A stretch of 64,000 nt of DNA, from IMG/VR virus record IMGVR_UViG_3300032296_001209, positions 33,354 through 97,353 of that record; one strand, given 5' to 3'. The position numbers and the translations under genes are program-made. The notes below the pieces were generated by a model. That model made no database searches and was not told the origin of the DNA. It saw only the letters and a program-made list of their open reading frames with translations. Below are positions 59,748 to 64,000 of the stretch, piece after piece (position 1 is the first letter of the stretch; the number at the start of each line of letters is the position of its first letter). Origin of the DNA: a virus.

Positions 59748-60689
59748 TTAGTTAGATTTTAATTCTGTAATTGTAAGTTTTGCTGAACCACGGAAAGTAG
59801 TAGAACCAAGTGAAGAACCACCTGTAGGAATTATAGTTACTGACATATCATTAGCTGTATTGTAAGCTGCATTCCAAACAGAAGTCATAGACAAATCACC
59901 CACCTTACTAAGGTTAGTAGAGGTAACTAATCTAACTACACCACCAACTTTGTGAACAACTACTAAGTCTTTACCAACAACTACTTGACTTGTGGTAGCA
60001 TTAATAAGCATCCACTCAGATACAACTTGCCATACTTTGTTAGCACTATTCATAATCAACTGATTAGTTACTCCTGGAGTTAAACCATCTAAAGTAAACT
60101 GAATAGAACTATAAGCTCCTGGAGATTGTACAACTTCACGGAATACCAATAACTCACTTACTTGGAAATTACCACCCACACCATACTGAGAACGGGGATT
60201 AGTAACCAATTGACCAGGTAAATAAGTAGCTCCACCAGCTCCACCAATAATAGTAGAGTAAGGAGCAGTTACTGCAGTTCCAGATGATGCTGAGTTAAAT
60301 ACTGCACTATTAATAGCATTTAATAAATTACCGCTACCAATAGCAACTGAAGATGCACTAGAAACTACATTCTCTAAACCTAATGCAGCTGATCCTGAAC
60401 CAATGGCTTGGTTACCGGCACCAATTGCAAATGATGATTCACCAGCGGCAATATTACCACTACCACCACTTACTGAAAATGCGGCACTACTAGTATTACC
60501 AATACCACCCATCACAGCAGAATTAACTCCACTAGCTTCATTATTAGCACCACCAACAATCATTGAAGCAGTACCTGATGCTACTTGATCAGCTAAGACC
60601 CTAGTTAATTGTAAGTCTATAGAGTTAGTACCTCTAGGATCACCATTCTTTACGGTACCATCACCGATTTGTAATGAAAAATTTGACAT
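59748..60689 (-). CDS. Short beta-roll fibre paralog
   Basis: GDPRGTNSIDLQL leader, YadA-head-like repeats, shared C-terminal domain. Confidence 0.65.
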   Translation of the reverse strand: MSNFSLQIGDGTVKNGDPRGTNSIDLQLTRVLADQVASGTASMIVGGANNEASGVNSAVMGGIGNTSSAAFSVSGGSGNIAAGESSFAIGAGNQAIGSGSAALGLENVVSSASSVAIGSGNLLNAINSAVFNSASSGTAVTAPYSTIIGGAGGATYLPGQLVTNPRSQYGVGGNFQVSELLVFREVVQSPGAYSSIQFTLDGLTPGVTNQLIMNSANKVWQVVSEWMLINATTSQVVVGKDLVVVHKVGGVVRLVTSTNLSKVGDLSMTSVWNAAYNTANDMSVTIIPTGGSSLGSTTFRGSAKLTITELKSN

Positions 60690-60693
60690 AGTT

Positions 60694-61272
60694 TTAGAAT
60701 GTTAATTCAGTGAAATATACATCTGCTCTTAATTTAAAACCAGTTCCGCTAGCAGTACTAGGAGCTTTAAATTGAATACGGAAATCTTGAGATGCACCTG
60801 CAGTAAATAATACTTGTGAAGTTTGCATGCTAGAATCAGCTACAACAGTAGCTCCGTTAATACCTACTACAGAAGCAGTACCATTTACACGCTTAAACAA
60901 TACAACATATTTACCTAAGAAAGAATCTCCTAATGATACAGTACCACCGGCTGTAGAACATACAGCGGTAAAGTCTACAGTAACAGACCAAGCACAGTTA
61001 TTACTAATAGGTACTAAGTAGTTAGTAGCTCCTACTAAGAAAGAAGTTTCAGGAATTAATAACAAAACTGGATCAGTTTCTCTAAACAATTCTGCAGTAG
61101 CACCACTACTCAAACTAATAGTACGTAACATTTTTTCCTCAACGTGCTCATTGATATAATCAACAATCCGGTTTAAGTGACCAAAACGTGCTTGAGTACT
61201 ATCAGCAGCAGTTTTACCTACACCAGTAACCCATCTATCAGGGTTTAACACAACAAATTTTCCTATTGCCAT
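60694..61272 (-). CDS. Fibre adaptor-like protein
   Basis: KFVVLNPD...ARFGHLNRIV N-motif fused to the shared fibre C-terminal domain, with no repeats. Confidence 0.6.
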   Translation of the reverse strand: MAIGKFVVLNPDRWVTGVGKTAADSTQARFGHLNRIVDYINEHVEEKMLRTISLSSGATAELFRETDPVLLLIPETSFLVGATNYLVPISNNCAWSVTVDFTAVCSTAGGTVSLGDSFLGKYVVLFKRVNGTASVVGINGATVVADSSMQTSQVLFTAGASQDFRIQFKAPSTASGTGFKLRADVYFTELTF

Positions 61273-61308
61273 TTTATTTATTTATTATTTTTTATTTTAT
61301 TTTATATT

Positions 61309-64000
61309 TTATCCTTGTATTATTTCAGAAAGTTCAAACTTAACACTAGCTCTTATTCTTAAAGAACCACCACCAGTAAATGTTGGAGTTGTAATAGTAG
61401 TTAAAATTTCTTGTGAAGGTCCAAAAGTAAATGCAAAACCACCTGTATTTAAGTTAGCATTATTAGCTGCTTTATTATCTGTAATTGCAGTAACAAATCC
61501 TCCAACTCCACTCTTATAACCAAATTCTGCAGTTCCAAATAATGTATCACCTGTAACAATACCATTTACACCACCAACTATCGTAGCTACGTGTAAAATA
61601 TATTTTGCTGTTACATGCCATACTTTATTACTTACAGGTTTTAATAAATTTGTAGGATTATTACCAGGATAAATATTAAATGTCTGACCAGTAGTATATT
61701 GATCACTACCAGGTACCGCTAAATTATAAGCTAATAAATCACTAAATTGAATTACACCAGGACTATAAGAAACTCCTGAAACATGATACTCAGCACCATA
61801 AGAAAATTGTCCAGGAAAAACAGCACATCCAGCCAAACCCAAGGCAGTTGAATAGTTATTTGATGCAAGACTATAAAATCCTCCCGCAATTGAATAGTTA
61901 TTTGATGCAACATTACACGCACCTCCTAAAATAATACCATAATTTCCTGATACTAAATTACATATACCACCAGTAATGGTACCACTTTGAATACCTGTAG
62001 AAGTATTAAGAAATCCACCACTAATTGTATTATTATAGTAGTTATATCCTCCAGCATTATTCTGGCATCCACCAGAAATTAATGTATTACCACCTTGAAC
62101 AGTGTTACAAAATCCACCACCAATAAAATTAGGACTAGAACCAGCATCATTACTAAGAACTCTATTACAAATACCTCCACCAATAAATGCTCCACCTTGT
62201 GATGAAACTATTGAATTACAAAATCCACCAACAATAGTTCCGCAAGGAGTATTAGAAGTATTACATACACCCCCACCTATAAAAGAACCATATCCTGATG
62301 CAATGTTTCCACAACCACCTACCACACTTGAGAATACAGCGGTTGCTTTATTGACCGAACCACCTAAAATTGATGACCAATCCGATGTAGCGCAATTACC
62401 ACAAAAGCAATTTCCTCCACCTCCACCATAAGCATCACCACCACCACCTACTATTGAACCCGCCCCACACGCTTTATTCCATCTACCACCTAATACTACA
62501 CTTCTATAACCTGATGCACTATTATTTCTACCACCTATTACAGCACTATCCCCGTTAGATGAGGAATTATATGTTCCGCCTACTACTACCGAGTATCCAC
62601 CCGAAGCAGTATTATTTAAACCTCCTCCAACAGTTGCATATGAATTTGAAGCATTATTTGAAACTCCCCCCGCCACTACTGGTGAGACCGCACTAACAGT
62701 ATTGTTTTGACCTCCACCTATTACTGAATGTCTATTACTACTTACAGTATTACCTTGACCTCCTCCAATTACGGATGCACAACCACTACTAAGAGAATTA
62801 CATATGCCCGCACCAATAAATCCATGCGGTGAACTCCAGCTCACATAGTTGCAAATACCGGTTACGATTGCTCCTGTTTGAGCAATATTATTTAAACCGC
62901 TACCTATAAAGACATATCCACTGTTATTCCATTTAGAAACATAGTTACCTGAACCAGATCCAATGAATGAATTTTGTACACCGCAAACTATGTTTCCTGA
63001 TCCGGATACAATCACAGATCTTGATGATGAACCGTATGTAGCATCATCAATAATAAAGTTACCACATCCACCTACTATATTTGAAAATACTGAAGTAGCG
63101 CAGTTTTGTTGACCTCCTACTACTGATGACCAAGAGTTAGTTGCTTGGTTACCACAACCGCCACCGACAATAGAAAAACCACCACTTGCGGTGTTACCTT
63201 GACCACCACCTACAAAAGAACAACCACCACTTGTGGTATTTAAATAACCTCCCGATAATGTTGAATATTGTGCAGTTACACAATTTCTTGAACCCCCACC
63301 TAGAGAAGCATAATTTGCACTTGCTAAATTATTAACCCCACCTACTATTGCAGATAAATTACCACTTGCAATGTTTGATTGACCTCCCGATATTATTCCA
63401 AAAGACGCAGAAACAGTATTCTGTAAACCTGCACCAATAAAACCATATACTCCATTATTTGTATTTAACGTTCCACCTACAATTGCATTTTCCCCTGCCG
63501 TTAATATACTATTGCTATTACCACCTCCTATAAAAGATTGTAAAGTATTTGCCCTATTGCTTTGTCCTCCTACTACAACCGCTTGAGTACCTTGTGCCGT
63601 ATTTAAACTACCACCAGCTACTACTGAATCACTTCCGGTTGCAAGATTATTAGTACCACTTCCTATAAATGATTTTTGACCACTCGCGCAGTTTGAAAAA
63701 CCGCCAACTACACCGCTATATGCACCAAGGGCGCGGTTTTGTTCACCACCACCTACTATTGCAACACAAGCGGTTGCTTGGTTACATACGCCACCACTAA
63801 CACTTGAACGATTCCCACTTGCCGTGTTTGAATTACCACTTCCTACAAAAGAAGCACTACCACTTGCAATATTATTAGTACCATTTCCAATGGCGGTATA
63901 CATACCACTTGATGTATTACTCTTACCACCTAAAACGGATGAATATCGCGCACTTGCCGTATTCATTGCACCCGCTACTACAAGTGCATCAAAATCACCA
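61309..64000 (-). CDS. Long GGxxN-repeat fibre/adhesin (5' end beyond window)
   Basis: Frame stays open past 63966 to the window edge (GDFDALVVAGA-MNTAS...); >885 aa of Cys-rich repeats plus the shared C-domain. Confidence 0.75.
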   Translation of the reverse strand, partial: GDFDALVVAGAMNTASARYSSVLGGKSNTSSGMYTAIGNGTNNIASGSASFVGSGNSNTASGNRSSVSGGVCNQATACVAIVGGGEQNRALGAYSGVVGGFSNCASGQKSFIGSGTNNLATGSDSVVAGGSLNTAQGTQAVVVGGQSNRANTLQSFIGGGNSNSILTAGENAIVGGTLNTNNGVYGFIGAGLQNTVSASFGIISGGQSNIASGNLSAIVGGVNNLASANYASLGGGSRNCVTAQYSTLSGGYLNTTSGGCSFVGGGQGNTASGGFSIVGGGCGNQATNSWSSVVGGQQNCATSVFSNIVGGCGNFIIDDATYGSSSRSVIVSGSGNIVCGVQNSFIGSGSGNYVSKWNNSGYVFIGSGLNNIAQTGAIVTGICNYVSWSSPHGFIGAGICNSLSSGCASVIGGGQGNTVSSNRHSVIGGGQNNTVSAVSPVVAGGVSNNASNSYATVGGGLNNTASGGYSVVVGGTYNSSSNGDSAVIGGRNNSASGYRSVVLGGRWNKACGAGSIVGGGGDAYGGGGGNCFCGNCATSDWSSILGGSVNKATAVFSSVVGGCGNIASGYGSFIGGGVCNTSNTPCGTIVGGFCNSIVSSQGGAFIGGGICNRVLSNDAGSSPNFIGGGFCNTVQGGNTLISGGCQNNAGGYNYYNNTISGGFLNTSTGIQSGTITGGICNLVSGNYGIILGGACNVASNNYSIAGGFYSLASNNYSTALGLAGCAVFPGQFSYGAEYHVSGVSYSPGVIQFSDLLAYNLAVPGSDQYTTGQTFNIYPGNNPTNLLKPVSNKVWHVTAKYILHVATIVGGVNGIVTGDTLFGTAEFGYKSGVGGFVTAITDNKAANNANLNTGGFAFTFGPSQEILTTITTPTFTGGGSLRIRASVKFELSEIIQG

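Noticed and set aside
61273-61308. Pure A/T stretch between genes
   Set aside because: Consistent with an A-rich Bacteroidota translation-initiation region; no further structure.
143-62431. Numerous + strand ORFs and short nested minus-strand ORFs in the ORF track (e.g. 17276-18001)
   Set aside because: They lie antisense to or inside long motif-bearing genes, have no recognisable motifs, and are explained as shadow ORFs.
1-64000. Stop-codon reassignment (known in some crAss-like phages)
   Set aside because: Long genes are uninterrupted under code 11, and TGA stops sit in clean ATGA overlaps.
46794-64000. Diversity-generating retroelement or CRISPR array in the repeat-rich fibre region
   Set aside because: No reverse transcriptase, no adenine-specific TR/VR pair and no fixed repeat-spacer structure seen; the repeats are degenerate in-frame coding repeats.
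1-64000. tRNA/rRNA genes, major capsid protein, portal and terminase
   Set aside because: No cloverleaf-sized structured gaps or matching motifs; the capsid and packaging genes probably lie beyond the right edge.

Overview
A 64-kb segment of a crAss-like (Crassvirales-type) podophage genome, probably infecting an environmental Bacteroidota host: AT-rich, no Shine-Dalgarno motifs, TAnnTTTG promoter boxes, standard genetic code. All credible genes are on the minus strand and form the virion/late module. From right to left: Gly/Cys-rich fibre paralogs; conserved crAss head-tail genes; a Dps-like gene; Cys-rich FN3/fibre genes; an accessory glycosyltransferase-sulfotransferase-APS kinase-nucleotidyltransferase-DUF2061 operon; a metallophosphoesterase; an IHF-like gene; ring proteins and the muzzle/stabilization protein; three modular cargo proteins punctuated by a repeated xxxGG motif; a free-standing HNH endonuclease; five large ejected proteins including the DFDID virion RNA polymerase; then a holin and the start of a probable endolysin. 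The most striking signal: four consecutive ejected proteins (~6,900 aa in total) contain only six cysteines, all at facing termini. This suggests a head-to-tail covalently (disulfide) linked ejection chain that includes the RNAP and a nucleotidyltransferase. Other highlights are GG-motif-delimited effector polyproteins and a self-contained PAPS/sulfation module with a candidate minimal ATP sulfurylase. Family assignments come from motif recognition by eye, not database searches.
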